Source: a virus
Lineage: Duplodnaviria > Caudoviricetes
Virus record (IMG/VR): IMGVR_UViG_3300030376_005986
Coordinates: 1,929-65,928 of that record
Direction: 5' to 3' (one strand)
DNA: 64,000 nucleotides
Shown one piece after another: positions 1-9,620 of the stretch (within the stretch, counting starts at the first letter, position 1; each line of letters begins with the position of its first letter). The notes beneath the pieces were generated by a model. It was given only the letters and a program-made list of their open reading frames with translations. It ran no database searches and had not been told where the DNA came from. Both the position numbers and the translations under genes were made by a program.

Positions 1-2456
1 GCATTCGTTCCCCATGTTCCTCCATCTTGGATCGTTAGCACTGGAGCAGAGGAATATAAATGCAGGAGGCTTGTTGGATTTGAAGTCCCTATTCCAACAT
101 TTCCATTGCTTGAATTTATATTTAGATTATTTGCATTTAATGAACTTTGACCGCCTAAAGACAAGTAACCGTCTTGCGAATGGATATAATTTAAAGTGTC
201 GTCGTCTTGTAAAAGAATACTCGCTTTATCGTCTGTACTTTCAAATTCAGCTACGAAGTTTAAGCCCCCTGCGTTTACATGAAACGGCCTACTAGGAGCG
301 CAATTCACACCAACGCCCGTAGCAGTAACTTGAAGCATTTTAGTGCTACTGTTATGACCAATAACCACGCCAGTATCATGCTGATCCCAAATGTCTACAG
401 CACTTAAACCTGTGCCACTACGTTTAACTTTAATAGCATAAATATCGGCGGCTTGGCTCGCAGAAAAAGTCACCTTACCGTTGCTCGCTATACTTAACCT
501 CTCCGTATTGTCAGTGTAAAACTTTAGATAATCCCCGCCATTGCTTCCGATAATTTTTGCTTTGGTTCCACCCCACCTAATGCTTTGCCCGTCATCAAGG
601 AATGAATCTCCATTGTTTATTCTAACATCGCCATTGACTTGCAGCTTGTAGCTGGGTGTGCAAGCCACTCCAATATTTCCATTTTGATCTATTTTTAAAC
701 GAACATAGGTAGCTGTCCCTACAGATGCGTAACTTTTAAACTCGTAACCACCTTGGACATTGCTGCGAGAAACAAATGTTGCAGTGTCTCCGTTTTGTAA
801 AATGTCAATTGCTCCATGAGCGTGGTTAGAGTCTTGAACACGCAGTCCATAGCCATGATTGTCAACTCCTGTGCTGCCTGAACCATTCGCCGCAACTTGA
901 AAGGTTTGCGTTGGAGAGGTGCTATTTACCCCTAGTTTTCCTGTGACCTTTGCTCCGACAGAGGTAGTCTCAAATTTTATTGCATTATCATAGTATAGTT
1001 TGACAGAGCTATTATTTGTAGCCCGTATCATATATTCTGTTCCAGCAGCGTTTAATATGCCCCCTTCTGCCCCACATAACCAAGCATTGCTTGGGCCGTT
1101 TTTATTTAAAAATAACTGACCTGTGTCGTTGTCTATGTAACCGTTGGTTCCATCATGGTAAATTTGCAGATCGCTTTGGTTGCCTAGCAATATCTTTTTA
1201 TTGTCTGGTATAGAAATGCCATTATTGGGATACAGCCAACTGGAGACTGTTAATGTGCTAGAAAAATTACCAGCTTCAGAGTAAACATTGTTCCAACGGT
1301 TACTGGTTAAACCTAAATCTTTTGCACCATCTGTGTTCGGATACAATGCCGCCGAACTCATGGTCATTATTGCGGTATTGTTGTTTAGGAAAAACAGTTG
1401 TTGCCCATTTGCAGCGTTTAAATAAGTTGACCCAACAGGGTGTTGAATTAATGCGTAATTTCCAGTTCCTCCGCAATCAATGTGCGAGAAGCCAGCGAAA
1501 TCATCATGCCCGATGTAACCTATTTTTGCTCGGCCTAAAACATGGTAAGTGTTTGTGTCGTTTGAAACTGTTAACTGGCCACCAGAAGACAGCCGCATCT
1601 TCTCCGTCATGTGAGCAGACGTAGCTTCGGTGTAAAAAAGAATCGCAGCCGCATCGTTTTGGCCGTCTCGTCTAAATGAAATTTGCGCCCTGCCAGTGTC
1701 GGAATTGTTTGATCCTAAAATATCACCAAAGTTTCCGTCAGAAGTTTTAGTTCCAACCAAAGTTACAGTTGAACGACCGTCCGACTCTTGAAGCGTTAAA
1801 CCACCGTTTATTGTTAATCTGCCAGAGGTGTCCAGAACCATTTTCTCTGAAGCGTCTGTATGCCATTTGTAACTCAGCCCAGCACTGCCAGCGTGGTTCT
1901 GGTTGTTAAAATTGGTAGCTCCACCTTTAGTGTTGATCCATGTCTTTGCGGTATCAGCAGATCGTTCAATACAAAACCCAGATTCAAAGGTGTTATCAAC
2001 TGAATCCTTTAAATGAAGGCGGTATGATGGGGTCGTTAAACCTAGCCCTGCAAAACCACTTGCTAAAATATTAAAGTTGTTTGACGCAGCGGTAGAGAAT
2101 GCTCCAAAACTTCTGACTGAATTCTCAGCTACTATGTATGTGCTTGTGTCGTTGTCTGCTACCCTGATTTTAGCCCTGTTAGTTCTGGACTTTACTAGAA
2201 GACCAACCTCAGCACCGCCTTCAGAATTGAATGTTACCAATTGTGTTTCGCCACTAACAGAGTTCCCAACTTGTAATGGGCCGCTAAGTGTGCCGCCAGC
2301 TAGGGGAAGATGATTGTTTAACTGTAGTACACCATTGGCAGCAGCGTTGCCGACATATAACTTACTGTCATGTAGATTAACTGCTAACTCGCCAGCCGCT
2401 AAACCGCTAGGTACGCCAGCAGTTGCCTTGCGCTTAATCTGAAGTGTGTTAGCCAT
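1..2456 (-). CDS. Long tail fibre / receptor-binding protein (partial, runs off window start; missing from ORF track)
   Basis: My translation from ATG 2456: MANTLQIKRKATAGVPSGLAAGELAVNLHDSKLYVGN..., open to position 3 (...QDGGTWGTN). Has repeated fibre motifs (GNVGIGTSNP, GNIGVACTPSYKLQVNG, ERLSISSNG). Confidence 0.8.
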   Translation of the reverse strand, partial: MANTLQIKRKATAGVPSGLAAGELAVNLHDSKLYVGNAAANGVLQLNNHLPLAGGTLSGPLQVGNSVSGETQLVTFNSEGGAEVGLLVKSRTNRAKIRVADNDTSTYIVAENSVRSFGAFSTAASNNFNILASGFAGLGLTTPSYRLHLKDSVDNTFESGFCIERSADTAKTWINTKGGATNFNNQNHAGSAGLSYKWHTDASEKMVLDTSGRLTINGGLTLQESDGRSTVTLVGTKTSDGNFGDILGSNNSDTGRAQISFRRDGQNDAAAILFYTEATSAHMTEKMRLSSGGQLTVSNDTNTYHVLGRAKIGYIGHDDFAGFSHIDCGGTGNYALIQHPVGSTYLNAANGQQLFFLNNNTAIMTMSSAALYPNTDGAKDLGLTSNRWNNVYSEAGNFSSTLTVSSWLYPNNGISIPDNKKILLGNQSDLQIYHDGTNGYIDNDTGQLFLNKNGPSNAWLCGAEGGILNAAGTEYMIRATNNSSVKLYYDNAIKFETTSVGAKVTGKLGVNSTSPTQTFQVAANGSGSTGVDNHGYGLRVQDSNHAHGAIDILQNGDTATFVSRSNVQGGYEFKSYASVGTATYVRLKIDQNGNIGVACTPSYKLQVNGDVRINNGDSFLDDGQSIRWGGTKAKIIGSNGGDYLKFYTDNTERLSIASNGKVTFSASQAADIYAIKVKRSGTGLSAVDIWDQHDTGVVIGHNSSTKMLQVTATGVGVNCAPSRPFHVNAGGLNFVAEFESTDDKASILLQDDDTLNYIHSQDGYLSLGGQSSLNANNLNINSSNGNVGIGTSNPTSLLHLYSSAPVLTIQDGGTWGTN

Positions 2457-2459
2457 TTA

Positions 2460-3488
2460 CTAAAATGTTCCACAGTCTATTATTGATGAATCTTTAATGA
2501 ATGTAGCTGAATCAAAAATTGTTAAAGGTACATCACTGAAGGCATATTTTTTTGTATCACCACCCCCTGTGACATAAACAAGTTTATCATTACCTACTGG
2601 GTCAGAAGCTCCGTTTGCTACTTCTTCTAAATCAACAAACAAGTTAACAGTTCCTGTTGTGCCTCCACCGCCTAATCCTGTTCCCGCAGATACAGACGTT
2701 ATATCTCCAGCATAACTGCCAGTAACAAAAGTATGTATCTGATCTGCTGTTGCTAAGTTAGCTCCTCCATCTGCTATTGCTTCTGTAGTAGCACTAAGAG
2801 TGTTCCCTGTTTTAGTAAGACCAGCTCCTGCTGTGATTCCATGCGCTCCAGTAAACTGAGAGAACACCATGTTAGACATGGTAACTGTTTCATTAGTAGT
2901 GCAAACCCAACCAGTATCTTGGTAAACAGTTCCTTCCTCTACAAAGAAGAACATATTAGCAGAGAGGTCAGATGCGTTTTGTGCGTCTTCAGCTCTTACT
3001 AATTGCCACTGAGAACTAGTGTAAGTCATTTTCCAAATACCATTTTGAGACGCAGTTGATTGTGCAGTTAAAAGTATTCGGTCATTAGCGGCGAGTGTAA
3101 CACTGTCTACAGTAAGCGCAGAACTCTGTGCGCTAGTTGTATAACCCGCAACATTATCTACTGCTACAAGTTTAACTGAATCACGAACGTCTAATCCAAT
3201 GATCGCATTATCTAGATCAACTTTTCTGACAGCATCGTTTGCGGCTGTAGGAGCAGCAAGGTTAGTTAATCTCTTACTGTTCAAACTTACGTTTGCAGTA
3301 GGGGCTGGCATTAAATTTAAAGGCCCAGCTACTACTGGTTGGTTAGCTGCTTCACCACCAGTCTCTGTTCCTGATCCTATGTAAAGTGTATCAGTAACTT
3401 CATGATAAGCTAACTCCCCTCTTGCCAACGCAGTTGGTGCATTACCGTTAGCATTGTCACTGCGTTTAATTTTAAGTATATTTGCCAT
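2460..3488 (-). CDS. Tail fibre-associated structural protein (342 aa)
   Basis: N-terminus KIKRS...GELAYHEVTDTLYIG is shared with its neighbours; typical phage tail segment AANDRILLTAQSTASQNGIW; ends IDCGTF. Confidence 0.65.
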   Translation of the reverse strand: MANILKIKRSDNANGNAPTALARGELAYHEVTDTLYIGSGTETGGEAANQPVVAGPLNLMPAPTANVSLNSKRLTNLAAPTAANDAVRKVDLDNAIIGLDVRDSVKLVAVDNVAGYTTSAQSSALTVDSVTLAANDRILLTAQSTASQNGIWKMTYTSSQWQLVRAEDAQNASDLSANMFFFVEEGTVYQDTGWVCTTNETVTMSNMVFSQFTGAHGITAGAGLTKTGNTLSATTEAIADGGANLATADQIHTFVTGSYAGDITSVSAGTGLGGGGTTGTVNLFVDLEEVANGASDPVGNDKLVYVTGGGDTKKYAFSDVPLTIFDSATFIKDSSIIDCGTF

Positions 3489-3781
3489 TAGAAAAATCCT
3501 CCGTTAAGTGTCTTGTTATGTATGTCTTGATGGTTTTCAGTTCCAACTGCATCACCCTCAATTCTTAGAAGTTTTTTAATTTCATCAGCGGTCAAGGTTT
3601 GAGATTCTTCCAAACTCATTCCAGCTATAGCAATCTTATGCCTAGCCTGACCTCTGTTCTCTCCACCCGTACCAATATACAACAATCCATCGACCTCATT
3701 GAAAGCGATCTCACCACGACCTAAGTTGCGGGGTGGACCTTCTCTTTTAGTCTCATGCTGTATTTTAGTACGAACAGACAT
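3488..3781 (-). CDS. Small tail-associated protein with the same GEIAFN..LYIG N-terminal module
   Basis: RGEIAFNEVDGLLYIGTGG parallels RGELAYHEVTDTLYIGSG; start/stop coupled to neighbours. Confidence 0.55.
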   Translation of the reverse strand: MSVRTKIQHETKREGPPRNLGRGEIAFNEVDGLLYIGTGGENRGQARHKIAIAGMSLEESQTLTADEIKKLLRIEGDAVGTENHQDIHNKTLNGGFF

Positions 3782-4167
3782 TAGCCAACTTTTTGTACTA
3801 AAACTTTATAAGTAGAACCAACTGGGTTGTAGTTATAAAATATTAACTTACATGTGTTTGCTCCGTCCCTAACAGCAATAACATGTTGGGTATGGCCAAT
3901 ATCAAGCCCAGCATTTTGCTGGTTATAATATGAACCGCTACCGCTAGGTCTAGTTAACTCTATTACATCTACAATAACATCAGTACTTCCTAGCCCGTGA
4001 GTAAATTGAATAGTGTCATATCCATTATTTGCCGAATCACTGTTTTCTGTATCAGAAAACGTAAGACCAGTTCCGTGAGAACCTGTCGTGTGTGCAATCC
4101 AAGTAATTGTAGTAGCGTAACTTGAACTGCTACTGCTATCACCACTGCCTGTTATTTCTGCTGCCAT
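3781..4167 (-). CDS. Putative virion protein (128 aa)
   Basis: FTHGLGSTDVIVDV resembles the LQHNLGTDQIIVQ motif at the end of the 63124 fibre; coupled to neighbours. Confidence 0.45.
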   Translation of the reverse strand: MAAEITGSGDSSSSSSYATTITWIAHTTGSHGTGLTFSDTENSDSANNGYDTIQFTHGLGSTDVIVDVIELTRPSGSGSYYNQQNAGLDIGHTQHVIAVRDGANTCKLIFYNYNPVGSTYKVLVQKVG

Positions 4168-4179
4168 ATGCCTGTTTCC

Positions 4180-4539
4180 TTATACGAATTCTGCGTATGA
4201 AAGTTTTAAATTGCTGGCACTAAAAGCACTAATAGCTCCAGTGTAGTCATCAATCTTGATAGTTCCACCAGTCCCGTCATATGTAGACGAACAGGATTTG
4301 AGTATATAATGGAATGTAGTAGCACTAGCTGTTGCTCCCATAGCTATAGTTAAAGTACTTGTTCCATGATTTTGTATCGTGATCGACTTTCTAGCAGGAT
4401 TTCCTGCCGAACTAATTACTAACGTAGCGTTAGAACCATTGGTTTCGAAATCAGATCTTGGTGTAGCCGTTCCATCAGTAATCATGTTACTAGGCTGCGG
4501 CCCTCCTCCTATGTCTGGTGTGTATCCACTTGTACTCAT
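4180..4539 (-). CDS. Putative small beta-rich virion protein (119 aa)
   Basis: Beta-rich sequence (RKSITIQNHGTSTLTI) in the structural operon. Confidence 0.4.
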   Translation of the reverse strand: MSTSGYTPDIGGGPQPSNMITDGTATPRSDFETNGSNATLVISSAGNPARKSITIQNHGTSTLTIAMGATASATTFHYILKSCSSTYDGTGGTIKIDDYTGAISAFSASNLKLSYAEFV

Positions 4540-4553
4540 ATTATTTTATTTCC

Positions 4554-5351
4554 TTAACTTGGTCTCCCTTGATCGGGATAAATTTGTTGTCGCCTGTCAT
4601 CTTTCTGGGTGCATTCCCAAATCATCTCACTAACTGTATCGTTAAACTCAGCTGTAGCGAAACCATAACTCTCCGAATCATGATCCCAATCACGGGCATG
4701 TTCTTTAGTTACATAAAGTCTTACAGCTCTTTGAACCTCTGGGTCATCTCCATCTACTGTATCGTTATCGGCCCATGTCTTTTTAAATCCTGTCCACTCA
4801 ACTACGAGTGACTCAGAATCTATAAGCCTAGGAGCAATATAAAGTTTACCTCTATACTTAGCCCACATTCCGTTAAAGGCTCGTTCCTCAGTATCTGAAG
4901 AAGTCTGGCTAGCTGCTTGAACATTTGTTGGATCTGTTGTCGAGGATGATGCTGATTTATTAGTTGCAACTTTTAAGTAATCAGTACCTTCCTCTCCTTT
5001 AATCCATTCGGTAATATCTTTAAAAGATTTTTGTTTATAATGCCTCTCATCAAATTTACTTGATGAGTTCGTGTTGGCTGAATCGCTGTCTATCGTGTAA
5101 AGCCTATTAATCACTCCATCTGGAGCAGCGATAACAGATGTCCTTATGTACTCTTCGACAGCAGAATTAAGAGATCCTCCTGACATTACGTCAGTCTTAG
5201 TAACATTTAGTTGCTGAAAACATGGCACATGCTTTTGGAGATGTACTAATGCTTCAATAATATAGTTATCTATAACTGTACTTAAGTTCTCAGGAACCCC
5301 ATACGGGAAAACCTGAGAACGAACATTTGTTTTTAATGTGGCAAAAGTCAT
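4554..5351 (-). CDS. Putative head-tail adaptor (265 aa)
   Basis: Position downstream of the capsid gene and size; no diagnostic motif. Confidence 0.35.
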   Translation of the reverse strand: MTFATLKTNVRSQVFPYGVPENLSTVIDNYIIEALVHLQKHVPCFQQLNVTKTDVMSGGSLNSAVEEYIRTSVIAAPDGVINRLYTIDSDSANTNSSSKFDERHYKQKSFKDITEWIKGEEGTDYLKVATNKSASSSTTDPTNVQAASQTSSDTEERAFNGMWAKYRGKLYIAPRLIDSESLVVEWTGFKKTWADNDTVDGDDPEVQRAVRLYVTKEHARDWDHDSESYGFATAEFNDTVSEMIWECTQKDDRRQQIYPDQGRPS

Positions 5352-5761
5352 TTAGATTTCTTCTTCTTAAACTTACCTACCCTTTTTTTAGGGGCTGGTG
5401 CTGGCTCAGGTGCAACCTCACCAGATTCTTGGCTGTTGACCGCAGGCTGAACATTTTTTTTGAACTGGGGCGGAAGAGACGAGTCCGTCGAGTACTCCCC
5501 TCTTATCTCGTCCCTCCACTTCTCTTCTGGCTGAATTCCCAAGGATTTTTTTTTTAGATAATCATTGTACTCTTCCTTGGTCGACACCATAACCCCTCCT
5601 ATAAATTTGTTTATTGCAGTATTAATCTCGTTTATAAGGAATTTATCCGTAGTTGCTATATATCCATATTCATTATCCACTGTTGGAAATATTAGTTTTT
5701 GACCGTTGCTTAAATACAACGGTGTAGATGGATTGACTTGCTTATAATACCTCTTATTCAT
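5348..5761 (-). CDS. Hypothetical protein with basic C-terminal tail (137 aa)
   Basis: ORF track; ATGA overlap with the downstream gene. Confidence 0.5.
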   Translation of the reverse strand: MNKRYYKQVNPSTPLYLSNGQKLIFPTVDNEYGYIATTDKFLINEINTAINKFIGGVMVSTKEEYNDYLKKKSLGIQPEEKWRDEIRGEYSTDSSLPPQFKKNVQPAVNSQESGEVAPEPAPAPKKRVGKFKKKKSK

Positions 5762-5780
5762 GCCCTGTTAATTTATTATG

Positions 5781-5824
5781 AAAAAGGGCGGCAGGCAAGC
5801 AGTTGTAAGCCCACCTGCCACCCT
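5781..5824 (-). terminator. Intrinsic terminator after the major capsid gene
   Basis: Minus strand AGGGTGGCAGGTGGGC-TTACAACT-GCTTGCCTGCCGCCCT followed by a T-run. Confidence 0.75.
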
Positions 5825-5853
5825 TGTGGCAAAACAATATAGCTAATCTGGGA

Positions 5854-7779
5854 TTAGTCCCCAGATTGCGTGGTATCGTCAGATAGCAAGTCAGTCTCGG
5901 TACTCGCAACTGCGGTGTTTCCGAGAGCAGAATAGTTAGCAGTACTAACTACAGTATCTGGCTCAGCATCGTCAAAGTTCTCAACGATAAGGTTATCGTC
6001 AGGACACTCAACAATAGCAGTCCAAGTAACACTGTTAAGTGTAACTTCCTTGGTTGGTGAACGCATTACGCATCCATAACCACTGTCAATTTTAGCCAAA
6101 TCTTCAAGAGCACCAACTGTGTGTACTTTGCGATTTGAATCAATAACGCCCGGATAAACGCCGCCACCTAAGTCCAAGAACATAAGGAATCGACCGCTAT
6201 CACCAACCTTACGGGAAGCACCTTCAGTGTTAGCCCCACCACCATTGTTGTGTTGGTTGTCGGCCAACTCCTCTGCCTTCATAGCAGAAACAAAATCATC
6301 GAAGTAATGATCGGTGATAATGTTTAGCGTGACACCCTGCGGGTAGAGCAACTCATAGCTGCGAACACGGAAGCCTAGTTTGTTAATAGCACCATCTTTG
6401 ACTTGGTAGTCAAATGTAATAGCACTGTTGCCAGCAGCCGTAACAGTAGCAGCACCGTAGTACTTAACCATTGCAGTCTGAATGCTAGCAGCTGTCTTGC
6501 TGTCTGTGTAACAATCAATGCTATCAGAAGCACGACCACTATTAGAACGAGTACGATACAAAGTGTATAGTTCGTTAAATAGCTCAGCTAAGTTAAGACG
6601 CTGACCCTTAAGATCTTTAACACGACTACAAGCCTGTAATTGCTCATAAACACCAATAGCGTTTGCCTTACGGCTAACTAGGTGAGTGCCAACACCGCCT
6701 GTTGGAGCACCAGTAACGCCACCAACATTAGGAGAATAATGTGCGTACTGGGCTGGAAGTGCAGTCCAGTTAGCCAAAGATTGGCTACTGCTAATACGCT
6801 TACCCCAGAAGAATGAGTTCATCCACTCACGCTGCCACATGGCTCCCAACTGGCGGTTACGCTCAGCAAGAGTAACATCTCCAAATTTAGAGAAATAAGG
6901 GTTGTTAGCACTAAGCTTAGCAAACCATTCTTTGTAAAACTCATCCACACAAAGAGTGTAACGAGAAGTCTGAGTCCAGAATGGAACAACACGATTAGGG
7001 TTTAGTGCAGGGCGATTTTCACACCAGCTTTCGTAATCGCTTACATTGTTAGCTCCAATAACAGCAACACCAGAACTTACTCCTGAATGAGAATGAGAGT
7101 CCCCGTTGGAAACGGCTACTACTGCAACATCAGTCCAAGTAGGTGTTCCAGATGCAACATTCTCGTTAGCTGAAGCAGCAATAATAAACTGAGTGCGAGA
7201 TGCAGCACCTGCCCCAGTACGACCAAAAACGTGAAGAGTAGCTCCCGGTACAAAATGAGAAGCATTAGGGTCTAAACCATAACGACTCTTTAAACGGAGA
7301 ATGTGTGTAACAGCCCCGTAAGTTGTACTGGTCTTCGCAACTGGACGGCCAGAGGCCCCATTAGTACTGTTAGTTGTATAACTACCAGCGGCTACATTTT
7401 CTAGAACAGCCCAAAAGTCATCATTGATGATACTCTTTTGAGAAGCCAAGATAAATGGTTCCATAATAGAGTCTGTACCTTGAATCTTCTTCTGGTTGAC
7501 TAGTGCTCCTACGGGACGGGCAGAGGACATAAGCCAGTCGTATAGACCGTATGTCTTGGTTCCGCAGGCCTTAAGCTCCATATTAGTGGTCATCAATGAT
7601 TGCATATCTCGGTAGTCATCACTACTTTTGAATATACTAAGAAGACCCTCTGGAGTGGCATATGCTATATTAGAACGAGTAATCGTTCCGCATGAATCAT
7701 AGTTGTTAGAGATAGCTGTGGCACATCGCTGGCCATGATCCCCAAACAACATCGCTTGTTTTTCCGCTACAGTAGGCAT
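5854..7779 (-). CDS. Major capsid protein (641 aa, probably with an insertion domain)
   Basis: Strong SD (AGGAGG), biased codon usage, follows an acidic scaffold-like gene and the portal, and is followed by a terminator. Confidence 0.7.
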   Translation of the reverse strand: MPTVAEKQAMLFGDHGQRCATAISNNYDSCGTITRSNIAYATPEGLLSIFKSSDDYRDMQSLMTTNMELKACGTKTYGLYDWLMSSARPVGALVNQKKIQGTDSIMEPFILASQKSIINDDFWAVLENVAAGSYTTNSTNGASGRPVAKTSTTYGAVTHILRLKSRYGLDPNASHFVPGATLHVFGRTGAGAASRTQFIIAASANENVASGTPTWTDVAVVAVSNGDSHSHSGVSSGVAVIGANNVSDYESWCENRPALNPNRVVPFWTQTSRYTLCVDEFYKEWFAKLSANNPYFSKFGDVTLAERNRQLGAMWQREWMNSFFWGKRISSSQSLANWTALPAQYAHYSPNVGGVTGAPTGGVGTHLVSRKANAIGVYEQLQACSRVKDLKGQRLNLAELFNELYTLYRTRSNSGRASDSIDCYTDSKTAASIQTAMVKYYGAATVTAAGNSAITFDYQVKDGAINKLGFRVRSYELLYPQGVTLNIITDHYFDDFVSAMKAEELADNQHNNGGGANTEGASRKVGDSGRFLMFLDLGGGVYPGVIDSNRKVHTVGALEDLAKIDSGYGCVMRSPTKEVTLNSVTWTAIVECPDDNLIVENFDDAEPDTVVSTANYSALGNTAVASTETDLLSDDTTQSGD

Positions 7780-7812
7780 GATATTTTCCTCCTAAAAGGT
7801 AAAGGGATTGTA

Positions 7813-9321
7813 TTAGCCCCAAAGCATATCTGCCAATTCTTTTTCTGGTGTAGAAATCTCTTCTGTGCCTGTGGTCAAATTTGGCGATGAAGCAGATGTT
7901 GACGATGACTCTGGAGACGCTGGCTTATTTGTTGTTTTTGTTTTGCCAGCGGATCTTGATTGCGTCTTTTTCCCCGCAGGAGCACCCCCATATCTTTCTA
8001 ACATTTTCCTAGATTCCTCCACTTGATTGTTAACAGTAGCAGTTATTTCCTTGACTAGCTCTGCTTTAGCTAAGTTTGCGTCTATTGTCCAATGCCTAGA
8101 TTTCTCTGCATTAGACATTCTCTTGAACTCAGAGTTAGTTGCAAATCTTCTTCCATTCCAGTTCTGGCTTTCAAGTGGTAAGCTTTTAACGTAAGCCTCT
8201 TTGTTTGATAAAAATTCATTGATAGCTAAATGGCTTTGATTTTTAGTATTAGGTGAAAACAATCCTATTTCTGTTTTATTTTGTTCTAATTCATAAACCA
8301 TTACACTTAAAGTGTCAGCAGCTTGAGATACTTTATCGAATACAAGAGGGTCAGATTTTTCAGCCTCTTCTAACCCTTTCTCACTCATTACCTTCTCTAA
8401 GTCAGGGCTAACAGATTTTACCATCTCTTTAACCGCATCACTGGCAGACTCTCTTGCTTTTGGTTCTGACTCATTCTTTTTGTGAATTTTATTCTCAAGA
8501 TCATCTATTCTTTCTTGGTATTTCTTTTCAACCTCACTCAATAGTGGGGCCATATCAACTTTCTTTTCTGCTTTCTTGAAATCGGATCGAGAATATTTAG
8601 GTTCATTGTCTCTATAAAAATCTGCGTGCTCTTCTGAGTCAGGATCAAATGATTCATCAGGGTTTTCTTCAGACCACTGCCTTTGATATTCTTTTGAAGC
8701 TTCAACAAAATTAGCGAATTTATCTTTAACTCCTTTATATTTATCTGGATTAGATTTTTCCATCTCAGCAAAAACTTCGTAAGTACTTTGATCATCTTCA
8801 TCTAATGTAGATGAAACATCATTAGGAATGTCTTCATATGATTCCTTATTGCTTTGCTTAATAGCTTCAGCAGCAGCTTGGCCAGCTAGCTTAGCCATGT
8901 CTTCCATAGAAGGAGCAACTTCTCTTCTTCTAGTTTCTTTTACTGGCTCTTCTTCTTTAACTTCATCTACTACTTCTTCTACTGTCTCATCTGCCTCTTC
9001 TTTAACTTCTGGTTCTGGATTTTCATTAGCTTCTTCTTTTTCTTTTTTTGTTTCCATCCCCATCATTTTTCTTAACTCAAGAAGATTGTCTTCAACTTCT
9101 TCACTAGGGTTTTCTTTTTCAGGTTCTTCAACCTGCTCTACCTGTTCTTTGTTTGTTTGAGGATTACTTCCTGTATATTCAATTATTTCAGGAGATTCAA
9201 ATTGCGACTCTTCGTAATTTAATGTTTTTCTTTTCGAAGGTGTTTTCTCCTCATCCATAGCTCCTTCAATTTCTATACCTTGATTGAGCTCCAATTGTGG
9301 TTTCTGTGGTAATGTAGACAT
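7813..9321 (-). CDS. Scaffolding-like protein (502 aa, acidic, coiled-coil)
   Basis: E/K-rich low complexity, lies between portal and capsid genes. Confidence 0.55.
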   Translation of the reverse strand: MSTLPQKPQLELNQGIEIEGAMDEEKTPSKRKTLNYEESQFESPEIIEYTGSNPQTNKEQVEQVEEPEKENPSEEVEDNLLELRKMMGMETKKEKEEANENPEPEVKEEADETVEEVVDEVKEEEPVKETRRREVAPSMEDMAKLAGQAAAEAIKQSNKESYEDIPNDVSSTLDEDDQSTYEVFAEMEKSNPDKYKGVKDKFANFVEASKEYQRQWSEENPDESFDPDSEEHADFYRDNEPKYSRSDFKKAEKKVDMAPLLSEVEKKYQERIDDLENKIHKKNESEPKARESASDAVKEMVKSVSPDLEKVMSEKGLEEAEKSDPLVFDKVSQAADTLSVMVYELEQNKTEIGLFSPNTKNQSHLAINEFLSNKEAYVKSLPLESQNWNGRRFATNSEFKRMSNAEKSRHWTIDANLAKAELVKEITATVNNQVEESRKMLERYGGAPAGKKTQSRSAGKTKTTNKPASPESSSTSASSPNLTTGTEEISTPEKELADMLWG

Positions 9322-9620
9322 TATTCTAAATTAGGGTCTATTTCAAAACTAAGCTTGTATAATTCTTTTTCTGGTTTTGCATATTCATTAAGTATTTTAA
9401 TGAAAGTTATTAGTTTGGCTGCAGTCTCAACATGATTATTAGCTTCCCATTCCCTGCTGGAAAGATGGGTTAAGCTTGCCTCTTTACCTCCCATTGCTTG
9501 ATGGAAGGCTATATCATTCATTACGTATTTCTTGAAGTCATGTGCTCTTTCATCTCTGAGCCACTCTTTGACATCAGCAATTTCTTTATCAGTAGTTGAG
9601 TTCTTTACGTAATTAATCAA
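9321..9620 (-). CDS. Hypothetical protein (99 aa)
   Basis: Coupled between portal and scaffold, a conserved slot in podovirus head modules. Confidence 0.55.
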   Translation of the reverse strand: MINYVKNSTTDKEIADVKEWLRDERAHDFKKYVMNDIAFHQAMGGKEASLTHLSSREWEANNHVETAAKLITFIKILNEYAKPEKELYKLSFEIDPNLE

